Origin: Mytilus trossulus
Lineage: Eukaryota
Reading direction: 5' to 3'
Assembly (NCBI RefSeq): GCF_036588685.1
Contig: NC_086377.1
Location: 25,296,001 to 25,360,000, forward strand
Length of the DNA stretch: 64,000 nucleotides
Part shown: positions 13,704 to 27,172 of the stretch, piece after piece
Numbering within the stretch: position 1 is the first letter of the stretch
How the letters are laid out: every line of letters starts with the position of its first letter
Made by a program: the position numbers and the translations under genes
The notes under the pieces: model-generated
What the model saw: only the letters and a program-made list of their open reading frames with translations
What the model was told of the DNA's origin: nothing
Databases searched by the model: none

Positions 13704-15859
13704 CTGTAAATTCAGAAATTATTGGGAGGTTTTTATACGACCGCAAATTTTGAAAAATTTTTCGTCGTATATTGCTATCACGTTGGCGTCGTCGTCGTCG
13801 TTGTCGGAATACTTTTAGTTTTCGCACTCTAACTTATGTAAAAGTGAATATAAATCTATAAAATTTTATCACAAGGTTTATGACCACAAAAGAAAGGTTG
13901 GTATTGATTTTGGGAGTTTTGGTCCCAACATTTTAGGAATTAGGGGCCAAAAAGGGCCCAAATAAGTATTTTCTTGGTTTTCGCACTATAACTTTAGTTT
14001 AAGTTAATAGAAATCTATGAAATTTTGACACAAGGTTTATGACCACAAAAGAAAGGTTGGGATTGATTTTGGGAGATTTGGTTTCAACAGTGTAGGAATT
14101 AGGGGCCAAAAAAGGGCCCAAATAAGCATTATTCTTGGTTTTCGCACAATAACTTTAGTTTAAGTAAATAGAAAATAATGAAATTTAAACACAATGTTTA
14201 TGACCACAAAAGGAAGGTTGGTATTGATTTTGGGAGTTTAGGTCCCAACAGTTTAGGAATTAGGGGCCAAAAAGGGACCCAAATAAGCATTTTTCTTGGT
14301 TTTCGCACCATAACTTTAGTATAAGTAAATAGAAATCTATGAAATTTAAACACAAGGTTTATGACCATAAAAGGAAGTTCGGTAATGATTTTGGGAGTTT
14401 TGGTCCCAACAGTTTAGGAATAAGGGGCCCAAAGGGTCCAAAATTAAACTTTGTTTGATTTCATCAAAATTGAATAATTGGGGTTCTTTGATATGCGGAA
14501 TCTAACTGTGTATGTAGATTTTTAACTTTTGGTCCTGTTTTCAAATTGGTCTACATTAAGGTCCAAAGGGTCCAAAATTAAACTTCCTTTGATTTTGACA
14601 AAAAATTAATCGGTTGGGTTCTTTGATATGCTGAATCTAAAAATGTACTTAGATTCTTGATTATTGGCCCAGTTTTCAAGTTGGTCCAAATCGGGGTCCA
14701 AAATTAAACTTCGTTTGATTTCATCAAAAATTGAATAAATGGGGTTCTTTGATATGCCAAATCTAACTGTGTATGTAGATTCCTCATTTTTGGTCTTGTT
14801 TTCAAATTGGTCTACATTAAAGTCCAAAGGGTCCAAAATTAAACTTAGTTTGATTTTAACAAAAATTGAAATCTTGGGGTTCTTTGATATGCTGAATCCA
14901 AACATGTACTTAGATTTTTGATTATGGGCCCAGTTTTCAAGTTGGTCCAAATCAGGATCTAAAATTATTATATTAAGTTTTGTGCAATAGCAAGTCTTTT
15001 CAATTGCACAGTATTGTGCAATGGCAAGAAATATCTTATTGCAAAATATTGTGAAATAGCAATTTTGTTTTTAATTAGAGTTATCTTTCTTTGTCCAGAA
15101 TAGTAAGCAAGAAATATCTAATTGTAAGATTTTTTTTTATTTGGAGTTATCTTTCTTTGTCCAGAATCAACTTAAATCTTTGTTATATATACAATATACA
15201 ATGTATATTCACTTTTTACTACCAACTGATAAATTAAAATAATCTTTACCATTCAGTGATAACAAGCAGTTTTTTTACATCTTAATATTTTATGATGTAT
15301 TTAAATAAGTAGTAATTGTTGCAAACTCCATTAGAAATTTTAATTGAGATTAGTTTTGGAATAAGGAAAAGGGGGATGTGATTAAAAAAAATGGGTTCAA
15401 TTTTCTCATTTGAAATTTCATAAATAAAAAGAAAATTTCTTCAAACATTTTTTTGAGAGGAATAATATTCAACAGCATAGTGAATTGCTCTAAGAGAAAA
15501 CAAAAATTTTAGTTTCATTAGAACACATTCATTCTGTGTCAGAAACCTATGCTGTGTCAACTATTTAATCACAATCCAAATTTAGAGCTGAATCCAGCTT
15601 GAATGTTGTGTCCATACTTGCCCCAACCGTTCAGGGTTCAACCTCTGCGGTCGTATAAAGCTACGCCCTGCGGAGCATCTGGTTATTATTGCGACAAATG
15701 CGACAGAGTTGTAAACGCAATAATATAAACTCGCATTTTGAAATATCTTAAATGAATTAAAAAGGATTTTTCTCATCATCGTAAAAATTAAAATCGCATT
15801 CAAGCCTAAAATGACAAAATCGCAATAATAAATGCACGCAATAATTTCTGAATTTACAG
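13704..15859. mobile_element. TA-flanked MITE split by a HINE-like insertion
   Basis: TA|CTGTAAATTCAGAAATTATTG at 13702 and CAATAATTTCTGAATTTACAG|TA ending 15861. About 200 bp of its own sequence surrounds the 13731-15682 insert. Confidence 0.8.
13731..15682 (+). mobile_element. Helentron-associated non-autonomous element (HINE/DINE-1-like) with satellite core, copy 1
   Basis: 5' subTIR TTTATACGACCGCA (13732-13745), (GTC)n tract at ~13788-13806, four ~160-bp units then ~125-135-bp units, 3' subTIR TGCGGTCGTATAAA (15646-15659), short GC-rich terminal segment, inserted in a T-run. Confidence 0.8.
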
Positions 15860-17312
15860 TATTTGTTAAAAATCGCAATAATTTCTGAATTAAGAGTTCT
15901 TTATTTTATTTAAGGTCTAGAATCCTTCTGTTTTTGTTAATGATAATTGCATGCATTTATTATTGAAATTTTGTCATTTTACACTAAAATGCGTTCTTAA
16001 TTTTTGACAAAAATCCTGTATTTTTTTCATATAAAAGATTTCAAAATGTATGTTTAGATTATTGGGATTAAAGTCGGATACCTTATTGCATTTTTCGCAA
16101 TAATAAAAACATGGCAATATTTTCTAAATTTACAGTATAAAACTACGGTATGATTGTGTAGACATCTGACATGAACAAAACCTGCTGTAAATATTGTATG
16201 CCTGCACTTATTGTTCAAAAGTGTATAATTTTATGTAAACAATATGTAAATTTCTGGTAAACATATAGATTTGTTATGAACTGTTTTAACTGATTTTATT
16301 TTGTTATGTCCCTTTGTTATCCAAGGATTATTAAGTTGTCTCCCTTGTAAGTGAATTTTTAATTTATGATTTAACCTTGTTTAACACTCCTGAATGGTTA
16401 TTGCTTATATATTTACATTCTATTTCATGAAAACATTTGTATTAAGAATTTTTTTGTAAGTTAACAAACATTAAAAACTTGCAAATCAATTTGTTGTAAT
16501 ATTTTATGTGAAGAGAATCTCCATTGTTACCCACAACTTAGTGTGCACTCTTTAGGAATAGCTACTATCTGAGATTTAAAACAGAGAGATTGGAGTAATT
16601 ATAATCAAAATTATAACCAGTAGTAGATGGTCCTACATTGTGTAAAAAGGGCAGAGTTCACAACAGCAAATGCACTGACACAAGTTTATTTATTGTCAAT
16701 TAACTACAATTTCTAATTATGTTTTGAAGGAGAAGTAACAAATTTGTATGATAAAGGATGAATTCTATAGGTAACTTTAATTTGTAAAAAAACTAAATTT
16801 GCTTGAAATATGATATATTATTATTTTTATTACATTAAATATAAAAAAGGAGACCTGTAACTTGGCATTGCACAAAGTTATGTTTTCTCTGGCTGTTTAT
16901 GACGTCTTTACACTAAATCCATTGGATGTTGGATGTGTACAGATTGATAGTTTAGTCTTAGATGCATGATTTTTATTTTATTAGTTGTTAGTGGTTTTGA
17001 ACTAGCTGTCAGATAACTGTGAGTACTCTCAGATCTGTTCATTGTGTCTTTTTGTGTCTGGATGCATAAGTACCTGGCTACGTCCACTTGTATTTTTGTC
17101 CATCTGATGAGTTAAGCCTTTTTCAACTGATTGTTATAGTTCGTTCTTATGTTGTACTGTTATACCATTGCCCCAGGTTAGGGGAAGGGTAGGGATCCCG
17201 CTAACATATTTAACCCTGCCACATTATTTATGTATGTGCCTGTCCCAAGTCGCGAGCCTGTAATTAGTAGTTGTCGTTTGTTTATGTGTTACATATTGTT
17301 TTTCGTTTTTTT

Positions 17313-19921
17313 TGTAATTCACCTGACCTAAAATGTCAAGTGAGCTTTTCTAATTACTTGGCCTCCGTTGTCGGTAAACTTTTACAAAAATCTTCTCCTC
17401 TGAAACTACTGGGCCAAATTTAACCAAACTTGGTTACAATCACAATCATCATTAGGGTATCTAGTTCAAAAATGTGTGGCGTGACCCTGCCAGCCAACCA
17501 AGATGGCCGCCATGGCTAAAAATAAAACAGGGGTAAAATGTAGATTTTGGCTTATGAAACCAAAGCATTTAGAGTAAATCTGTCATGTGGTAAAATTGTC
17601 TACAAGGTCTGCACTGAAATTTCCAGACAAATCAGACAACCCGTCCTTGGGTTGCTGCCCCCAAATTAGTAATTTTAAGGAAATTTGCAGTTTTTATACG
17701 ATATTGGTATCACGTTGGCATCGTTGTCTGTGTCGTTGTCGTCATTGTCCAAAGACATTTGGTTTTCACACTCTCACTTTAGTAAAAATAAATAGAAATC
17801 TATGAAATTTAAACACTAGGTTTATGACCATAAAAGGAAGGTTGGGATCGATTTTGGGTGTTTTGGTCCCAACAGTTTAGGAATAAGGGCCACAGAATTG
17901 TCCAAATAAACATTTTTCTTGGTTTCCACACTATAACTTTAGTTTAAGTCAATAGAAATCTATGAAATTTTGACACAAGGTTAATGACCACAAAAGGAAG
18001 TTTGGGATTGATTTTGGGAGTTTTGGTCCCAGCAGTTTAGGAATTAGGGGCCAAAAAAGGGACAAAATAATCATTTTTCTTGGTTTTCACACAATAACTT
18101 TAGTATAAGTAAATAGAAATATATGAAATAAAACACAAGGTCAATGAACACAAAAAAGAAGGTTGGGGTTGATTTTGGGAGTTTTGGTCCGAACAGTTTA
18201 GGAATAAGATGCCCAAAGGATCCAAAATTAAACTTTGTTTGAATTCATTAAAAAAATAATAATTGGGGTTCTTTGATTTGCCAAATCTTACTGTGTATGT
18301 AGAATCTTTATTTTTGGTCCCATTTTCAAATTGGTCTAAACATATACTTAGATTTTTTATTATTGGACCAGTTTTTGAGTTGGTCCAAATCGTGGTCCAA
18401 AATTAAACTTTGTTTGATATCAACAAACATTGAATTCTTGGGGTTCTTTGATATGCTGAATCTAAACATGTACTTATATTTTTTTTTATTATGGGCCCAG
18501 TTTTCAAGTTGGTCCAAATCGTAGTCCAAAATTAAACTTTGTTTAATATCAACAAAAATTGAATCCTTGGGTTTCTTTGATTTTCTGAATCTAAACATAT
18601 TTAGATTTTTTATTATAGGCCCAGTTTTCAAGTTGGTCTAAATTGGGGTCCAAAATTTAATTTTTTTGATTTCAACACAAATTTCATATATCGGGTTCTT
18701 TGATATATGCTAAAATTAACCATGTATTTATCATTGAGGTCTAAAGGGTCCAAAATTGAACTTTATTTGATTTCATTAGAAATTGAATTCTTGGGATTCT
18801 TTGATATGCTGAATCTAACCATGTATTTAGATTTTGGATATTGGACCATAAAAGGTACTTGTAATGTCCAATTTAAAATTTAAAGTTTTAAAGTTTTAGT
18901 TCTTAGACCACATTCATTATGTGTCAGAAACCTGTGTTGTGTCAACTTTTTAATCACAATCAAAATTCAGAGCTGTATCAAGCTTGAATGTTGTGTCCAT
19001 ACTTGCCCCAATGAACTCTGCGGTCATATAAAGCTGCACCCTGCGGAGCATCTGGTTGGTTATTATCTTGAGTATTATTATAGATAGAGATAAACTGTAA
19101 ACAGCAATAATGTTCAGCAAAGTAAGATCTACAAATAAGTTAACATGACCGAAATGGTCAGTTGACCCCTTTAGGAGTTATTGCCCTTTTTAACAATTTT
19201 GTAAATCTTTGTTATCTTTTACAAAAATCTTCTCCTCTGATACTACGTGGCCAAATTAAACCAAACTTTGCCACAATCATCATTTGGGTATCTAGTTTTA
19301 AAAATGTGTGGCGTGACCCGGTCAACTAACCATGATGGCCGCCACAGTTAAAAATAGAACATAGGGGTAAAATTCAGTTTTTGGCTTATAACTCAAAAAC
19401 CAAAGCATTTAAAGCAAATCTGACATGAAGTAAAATTGTTTATCAAGTAAAAATGTATCTGCCCTGAAATTTTCAGATGAATCAGACAACCTGTTGTTGG
19501 GTTGCTGCCCCTGAACTGGAAATTTTCAGGAATTTTTGCTGTTTTCGGTTATTATCTTGAATATTATTATAGATAGAGATAAACTTTAAAATACAATAAA
19601 TGTTGGCAAAGTAAGATCTATAAATAAGTCAACATGACCGAAATTGTCAGTTGACCCCTTTAAGAGTTATTGCTCTTTATAGTCAAGTTTTAACCATTTT
19701 TTCGTAAATCTTAGTAATCTTTTACAAAAACTTCTCTGAAACTACTGGGCGAAGTTAATTATAGATAGAGATAATTGTAAGCAGCTAGAATGTTCAGTAA
19801 AGTAAGATGAACAAACACATCACCATCACCAAAACACAATTTTGTCATGAATCCATCTACGTCCTTTGTTTAATATTCACAAAAACCAAGATGAGCGACA
19901 CAGGCTCTTTAGAGCCTCTAG
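17313..19921 (+). mobile_element. Second HINE-like family element, host of a nested HINE
   Basis: 5' TTCACCTGACC...GTCAAGTGAGC and GTCC/GTC tract; internal repeats (CAAAAATCTTCTCCTCTGA at ~17385, ~19222, ~19725); 3' ATGAGCGACACAGGCTCTTTAGAGCCTCTAG containing hairpin AGGCTCT-TT-AGAGCCT (19902-19917). Confidence 0.7.
17691..19055 (+). mobile_element. HINE/DINE-1-like element with satellite core, copy 2 (same family as 13731-15682)
   Basis: Same TTTTATACG start (partly deleted), GTC tract, ~160-bp and ~120-bp tandem units, and same 3' end TGCGGTCATATAAAGCTGCACCCTGCGGAGCATCTGG. Confidence 0.8.
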
Positions 19922-20360
19922 TTTTATGTGAACATGGTGAAAGATGAATATGATTGACATATATTTCACTTAGTAATGTTAAAGCTATAAATGGATTATG
20001 AAAATCTTTAGTTAATTTACAGGATTATTTTTGTGGACAACACTTTAGGATTATTTTCCTATGGCGAATTACAAACATTTTTATTCTTTCAGACGATTAA
20101 ACCTGTTAATAGCAGTGCAATACGATTCAATTTCATTCATTCATTCATATAATTTATCTAAGCTTATACTTTATTTTCCATCATACACTTTTCCTTCATT
20201 ATAATTCTATATCGGATATCCTTATTCCATTGTAAAACTGCTATACAAAAATGTGACAACACCAGAATCATGGTTACTAAATTAATTTTAAACACACAGA
20301 TTTGTTGCTATCTTTTCACATTTAATGTTTACAGAAATGAAACCTTTATTTTTGTTTCAA

Positions 20361-23202
20361 CTACATTACGTTAAACAAAGCAGCACTGTCACTTCTTTTA
20401 TCACAAACTAGAAGAGAGTTGGTTTCCTTGCTGTAGTATACAGCATTGGGTTTGGATAGGCCGTCATATTTATCAAGTAGAATCGTACTTGCCTTGCCAT
20501 CATGTTGATTAAGCAAAATATTATTTGAATCATGACCAACAACAAATACGTTTTGATCTTTGTCGAGGGTTAACGCAGTCGGAAAGCGTAAGGATTCATC
20601 ATTAAATGTCCATATGTCTGTACCTTCCATGGTGCAACAATGTACAGTATGCTGGAATGAACTTGTGTAGTATATCTTTGAACCTGACGTCGCTATATTT
20701 CTTGTGACTCCTTTGCATTTCACTTCTCCTATTCTTTGTCCCCAAATATTAATTACCACAATTTCATCAGTTTCTCCCGTAACATAGAATTTTCCATTAC
20801 TGTACGCTAAGCCAAAACACTTGAATTCTAGCGTTAAATACTTCACAGCATAATCATGTACTATGATATCGATACGTTTCCTAGCTCCAAAAGAGACAGC
20901 CACGCAATGTGGTCCCAAAAAAGAAATATCAAAAGATGAAAACGATGACCGGGCGGATTTAGGCGGGGGCGTGGCGGGCGTGCGCCCCCCTAAAATTTGC
21001 AAAGCATGGGTTGTCTTCAACTTTTTTAAGTATCACACGAGACCATTCCATCTTTTTAACATTCAAAGTATAAAAAACAGTCAGTTTAAAAGAATAAGCG
21101 TGATTGCCTACCATTTATTTAAGTTTTTTAAATATTGTATACTTCAATGGAAGGTGTCAAACGCGGAGTTGCGTTTTATGACAAATACAATGTTTGGCTT
21201 TATAACTATTTTGATCTGAGCGTCACTGATGAGTCTTATGTAGACACATTGACGATGTGCAAAACAATAGTTTTTTTTGTGGTGTTCCAGTATTTCTTTA
21301 TGTTACAACTACCCGCACCTTGTCTTTCAAGGTTTAGTAAAGATGTTACCCGATATTGCTATATAGACAATTTTACAACAAGTGCTGGTGTCTTGGTTGT
21401 AGATTGGTTTGCATAGGAACACAGAATCAAAATAAAATGTTCACATGATCTTCAGCTTCTGTTTTTAGGGCTGCAGCTTTATAACTGTAGCTTAATAAAC
21501 TCATATATGCAATATGAATTCCTTAGTGGGTTTTAGGACATTGTTGTAGATTTTTTCCAATTTGTAGGAGACCTTGCCATCACTAATTGAGGGTTCTTCG
21601 TGGACCAGGGACATACTGTTTTACCTCTGTCCGTCCATCCGCCAGTCAGTCACTTGATAATTGGTACGGAAGAACCAATAGGACTTATACAAATCTAATA
21701 AAATCGTTATTGTTTCCCCCTGAAGATATTCGATTGATTAATATGAATGCAACACAAGTGTTCCCAGCAACCATTGACATAACATCGCTATATTTTTTAT
21801 ATGGAGGGTCAGCTTGTGTATTCCGGACTGAGTTCTGTCTCTATCCATATTGTCTTCAGTCCCGTTTGCTGGGAAATATATGGGGGTAGTCTCAATGAAT
21901 GGAACCTAAAAGATTTCTTGTTAAATATGGCGATTGTAAGTTGTTGTTAGGGGAGGATTAATGCGGTTTCAGCTTGAAACTTTTATTTCTCGCTTGTTTT
22001 ACCACACAATAATTCGAGATATCTACATTGCACCCTCTTTAGAAAAATATTTCAATAATTGTACCTCCAAAAATAAAAACTTTGCGCCCCCCTAACTTGA
22101 AATCCTGGATCCGCCCCTGGATGTAGTGATGTTACTGGTACGTATACCAAATGCATTGAATTCTTGTATATGATTAGTGCCTGGCATTGAGTTTGCTATC
22201 AGTGTACGTCCATTTGGTAAAATTGTGCATCCCTGTACAAATCTTCTATCTTTTCCACTTTTAAGAGTAATGTCCAATTTAAGAACTACATCATGAATAC
22301 TCCTCTCTTTTATCTGGCTCTTCTGTATTTGTGCTTGTCCTATTTTAGCATCATATAACAGTAAACCAGATTCACGTTTTTCAAGTTTGATTTTACCCAA
22401 TTGATCAATTTGTTCGAAAAGATTATAAATAATCGGATGAAAATCGAGCTCGATATCATAACTTCTGGAACGGTAAGTTACTAACTTCAACGACTTGATC
22501 TCTTCATTGACGTTTTTAAATACTTGTCGGGTGCCGAGAAAGACACGACAGTTAGAAGCGGAATCTTTTAACTTTAACTGTTGTTCTTTAAGTTTGATCA
22601 AGTTTTTTTGTGCATCTTCAAAATCATTCAAATCTTTGCTGCTTTCTGATAAACATTCATCAGCTATTGATGATAATTCTTGTAAAAACCTTTGTTGCAA
22701 CTCGTCAAAGAAGTAGTTGATTTTCTCTCTTGTGTCTTTAATGGTTTTCTCGATGTCGCGTCTTTGGGTCTGTATTGCTTCGTGTACTGTATTGCGGTCA
22801 CGAATAAAATCTTCTATATTTGTAATGATCTATTAATGGTATCTTCAAGGTCACGTATAAACGTTGAGTGTTTTGCATTAACTGTAACATCCTCCAGAGG
22901 CACAACATCCGGACATATTTTGTGCCCAGAAGACACACACTCTTTGCAGAGTGGTTCATCGTGACTTTTGCAAAACCAATCAAACTTTTTGTTGTGCTGA
23001 TTACAAGTTTGCTCAACAGTTACATGTTGTATAGTACAGTAATCGTCTATTGAAATAAGATTATGACCTCGAGATATTTTGTCGCCATATGGAACTTTTG
23101 GCAATCTCGACAAAATCTTTCCTCGCACTCAACACACCAAGTTTTAGCGCGTACTGTTTTATCATCATAACAGCATGGGTCGCAAAATATAGGTGTAGAC
23201 AT
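20361..23202 (-). pseudogene. Disrupted B-box/coiled-coil/NHL (RING-less TRIM-like) paralog
   Basis: Colinear with 27890-29572 from MSTPIFCDPCC (ATG 23202) to AALFNVM* (20361). Has 1-bp deletions near 23080 and 22817 and a 1.17-kb insertion at 20948-22119. Confidence 0.88.
20948..22119. mobile_element. hAT-like non-autonomous element inserted in the TRIM-like copy
   Basis: Imperfect TIR ACCGGGCGGATTTAGG / CCTGGATCCGCCCCTG, GC-rich GCGCCCCCCTAA subterminal motifs at both ends, GATG duplicated at 20944-20947 and 22120-22123. Absent from the intact paralog. Confidence 0.8.
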
Positions 23203-23630
23203 TATTCTATGCCTATAAATAAAAAAAAGTCTAATAAATGAAATGTCAATCAATAAAATAATTTAATCGCAATAATTAATCTGGCATATGCATCAATAGT
23301 TCGAAAAACGCAAACATAAATGCAAGAATATAAGTCTACAGTAAAAAAAGAGACAAACTTTTGATCTACTCGTTCCACCATTTATATTCATTATAATTTA
23401 CGTCAAATGCCAGACTTTGATTGGTTCACACGAGGAAGACAATCAACTATATCATACGGCTCTAAGATAGATATTTTTTATTGTCACTTTAAATAAAAAA
23501 AACCTTTTGGTTCCACTTTTTGTTATTTTTGTTTAACCGTAATTGGTTTTAGTAAACGACCTCATATATCAGTTATTTCAGTTTAAGTTTACATGACAAT
23601 AATGATAAGACACTCAGTATAATACATTAA

Positions 23631-23768
23631 ATAACACATAACTGAGAGGGCAATGGAGCAGATTACTACGCTTGGAAAAACAATATATGTCAACTTAAGC
23701 TCCGCTGCGGTTGACAATCTTTTCTCGTGGTAATAACCTGCACTATCATCCTCTCAGCTATGTGTTAT
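23631..23768. repeat. Short palindromic (foldback) element
   Basis: ATAACACATAACTGAGAGG pairs with CCTCTCAGCTATGTGTTAT, with an inner TGTCAAC / GTTGACA stem. Confidence 0.65.
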
Positions 23769-25088
23769 GCATATAATGTTTCCCGAAAATAAATCATTAC
23801 GATTTCGGAGCTCAGCGGTAAGTCTTATCCGATTATTTCACCTTTACAAATTTGAAAACTTTTTTTTATATGTGTGAGATTGATTATCATTGATGTTTGA
23901 ATCACGTCAACTAACAAGTATATATTATGCATGTTCAGGACGAGAACATATTAACAATTATGAAAGAAGTTTAGTGATAAGTCGTATACTGTAATTTCAA
24001 CTTGAACATTAAGAACCATTGGTTCAATATCTTCCTTGTAAATGAATGGTTGGTTTAAGTCCAGTTGCAAATAGTTCATACATGACCAGGACAAGAACAA
24101 ATTAAAAATAAATTCATTAGGCTCTGCCGAAGAAGGAAGATGAGCAGAAAACAATTGATGCCAATATATGGAACATTAGCGTATAAGAGATAAGATCAGA
24201 ATTTTAGCATTTTAACAGACCACCTACGGACAATCATAGGGTCAGTTGCCAAGTTTCAGTTGCCTTCTGCTGTTGTTTTTTTCTATGGTCGGGTTGTTGT
24301 CTCTTTGATACATTCCAAATTTCCATTCTCAATTTTAAGATTTATATGATAACGTGTAGAAACCATGCTATCACTTTAAAGGAAGTATCGGATATAACGG
24401 CCTCATTTAAACCAGTCGTATATTATTATTTGAATGGCGTAATACGATATATATAGGGTCATTAAATTTGTGTATTTGTTGGACAGATTTCTATGTGTGT
24501 CTATCTGATGTGTTCTTATGTTGTGTATTGTTACACTACTGTTTATGGTTAGGGACCGGAAAGGGGGTCGTACATGTTAATGAAATAAAAATGATTTCAT
24601 GTGGTATCATTGAAAAGTATAAAAAAAAGAAGATGTGGTATGATTCACAAAAGACCAAACATCTTAGACATTAACATCTATAGGTCATCGTACATTCGTC
24701 AAGAATGAGTACATACCGCATAGTTACCTTTAAACATTGTATAAAATGCCCCGCGATCAGACAAATTTAAATCCATTCAAACTTGAAAACTAATGTCCTT
24801 ATTTATGTTTTAATTAATGAACGAAAAACAAATATGTAACACAGCAACAAACGACAACCACTGAATTGCATGATCCAAACTTTGGACAGGAACAAACAGC
24901 ATGTGACGAGATAATAAAAACACTTTTACATGATATTTTTATGATCACAGAACCAACTGAAAAAAAACCCCAAAAAAACAACCATAAAAAAATCGACTGA
25001 CAGTGAGCACTACCCTTGATAACCTGACCGTCTTTTACTGTTTTTGACCTTTTATAATAAATAAATGCACAGTATAATTCTCATAGTT

Positions 25089-25268
25089 TTATTTACAACA
25101 GAAAAATATAATATCATTCAAAGCTTAGTCATCCCCTCTTCGACCTTGTCGCCCCTCTATCCTTGTCTGCAATCCACATATTGCAGTCCCACGGGGACAA
25201 GTACTCAAGCCACTGAAGCGTCACCAGAAACCACTTCCGCCAATTTCATATCCAGGCCAATTCCATTT
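25089..25268 (-). pseudogene. Decayed duplicate of the VMO1 last exon (3' flank homology extends to ~24910)
   Basis: Translates [56 protein letters not shown], with two premature stops relative to 34984-35165. No matching exons 1-2. Confidence 0.88.
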
Positions 25269-25600
25269 GTACGCGTCCAAATACTCATATGGTCTGGAAC
25301 ATATACAAAGTGTGTCTTCAAATTGAACTTGCGGCCTGGATTAGTGACCCGTCTCCAAGGCCAGAGGTAACGAGCCGCATTGAAACATAGCCATACGGTA
25401 TATCTCCTTTGATTAAGTGTAATGATAATTTTTGCATATGACTCAACGTTTACAGTTTGTTTGTATAAGTAGTCTGTTTGAACGGAGTTTGTTTCGTTTA
25501 ATGTACCACGGTCGTTGAAAATGTCTTCATTCCATTGGTCATTACCCGATTGGTATAGCTTTTCATTAATTATTTTCATAACGTATTTTGTGAATAAAGA
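25269..25600 (-). mobile_element. Degenerate LINE ORF2 C-terminal fragment
   Basis: KLYQSGNDQWNEDIFNDRG...YLYKQTVNVESYAK then, after a frameshift, MAMFQCGSLPLALETGH*SRPQVQFEDTLC. This resembles the 'FRCGxLPLxxETGRY...RLC' motif downstream of RT in L2/CR1-group LINEs. Confidence 0.65.
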
Positions 25601-26982
25601 TGCGTCACATATAAGTTCACATACATTAAGTTTAGTCACAATTGTGAACACTGCGAAAGTAATTAATTGAAAATAACGGCAAATAGAATTACTGTTTATA
25701 TGTATGAATGTCAACCATTCCAGATCTTTATATACACAATTAATGTTATATGCTAGACATACTTATTTAAATGTACAACTTTTTAGTATACTTATTATAT
25801 CAGAGCACAAATAAAGCATTCAACAGCAATTGAAGTATTAGAAAATTAACAAAGTGCTTTCACATTTGATATTTGATTCTTTCGAAAAACGCACCAAACG
25901 GGATAGTCTACGTAAGACAGAAGAGGTTTCAATGTCATCTTTCGAAGAATTATTAACTCCAAACAATGGCCACAAATCTCCTTGTTTATCCATGTCTGGA
26001 AATTCATAACAAGTTGACCTTTGTGTGTCGTTTATGATGGTAAGTGTGTTTTAACTTCTTTTGACATTGACTCGGAAAGAGGCAGACTATTCATTACCAG
26101 CACAAGTAACACTGATTTTTCTGTGAGATTTATTTGTGTCCCCTCGCCACATTGTTAAGCAAACTCTCGAGGCTTCACTTTTAAATTCTGATTGTCTAGA
26201 AACAGTATTTGTTAATCTACATAAATCGGAAAATACAGAAAAATGAGACAAGAGACTGTTGATCTTTGAATTTAGCTGCGCCTTATTTATAACGGTTATG
26301 AAAGTGTTATGAAAATCATATACAATGCGTATTACCACAAAACACAACTCAATTTCGAATTTGGGTGGCGTTACATCAAGTGTTATCGAGTTGTGTCCAT
26401 TTCTTATTTAACAAAATGTTTCCTCACTTTGACTTTAGTTTGCTTTAAGCCAATGTTTTGAAATTTTAGCAAAATGCTCAACATAACCAACCACAATCAG
26501 GATCGAATTTGAGTGATGTCCCTTTTACTGTTCTCGAGTAATGTCCCTTTATAAATTGGGGAAACATGATAGAATTAAACGAAAATAAGTTTGAATAAGG
26601 ACATTCAAGCGAGTGCATCTATGAACAACGCACGAACTCATACTTTTTGTTAATTCTTTTTGAAAAACAAACTTGAGAAGCTACTACAATATCTTAAATG
26701 CATTATGCCCTTTTGGTGCTGGTATGTACTGTAAGATCAAAAGAAAGGAAACATTCCTAATTTTGGTTTGCATTAAAATAATCTTGATTTGCATAAGCCG
26801 GTGGTGCATCCTTGTTGGTGGCTCTTTTCTGTAGAAAACTAACGAAAGACTGGAGTTGAAAAAATATTCAGTGAATAATTTGTATCAAATCAAATCAGAA
26901 CATGTTATATGTACAAAACCAGGCCTCAAGCCCATGGTACATTTATGTATTCACAATATAATATCAACTACATTGTTATTAT

Positions 26983-27172
26983 TACATATATTAAACAATA
27001 CAACACAAACATATTACACATGTATATTCATACACCAGTATTAAAGAATACAACACAAGCATATTACACATGTGTATCATATATTAAACAATACAACACA
27101 AACATATTACACATGTATTTACATATATTAAACATTACAATACAAACATATTACACATGAATATACATATAT
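26983..27172. repeat. Minisatellite, ~42-48-bp unit, about 4 copies
   Basis: Repeats of TACATATATTAAACAATACAACACAAACATATTACACATGTAT. Confidence 0.8.

Noticed and set aside
13820-14960. Regular repeat arrays resembling CRISPR, and repetitive ORFs 14606-14950 and 18326-18631
   Set aside because: Whole units repeat with no unique spacers, there are no cas genes, and the context is eukaryotic. The ORFs are translations of HINE satellite monomers.
20361-21020. 219-aa ORF as a standalone transposon-NHL fusion gene
   Set aside because: It starts at TTG inside the inserted element. It is the severed C-terminal part of the TRIM-like copy.
25205-25714. 169-aa ORF as a novel gene
   Set aside because: Chimera of a frameshifted LINE fragment and the wrong frame of the VMO1 remnant.
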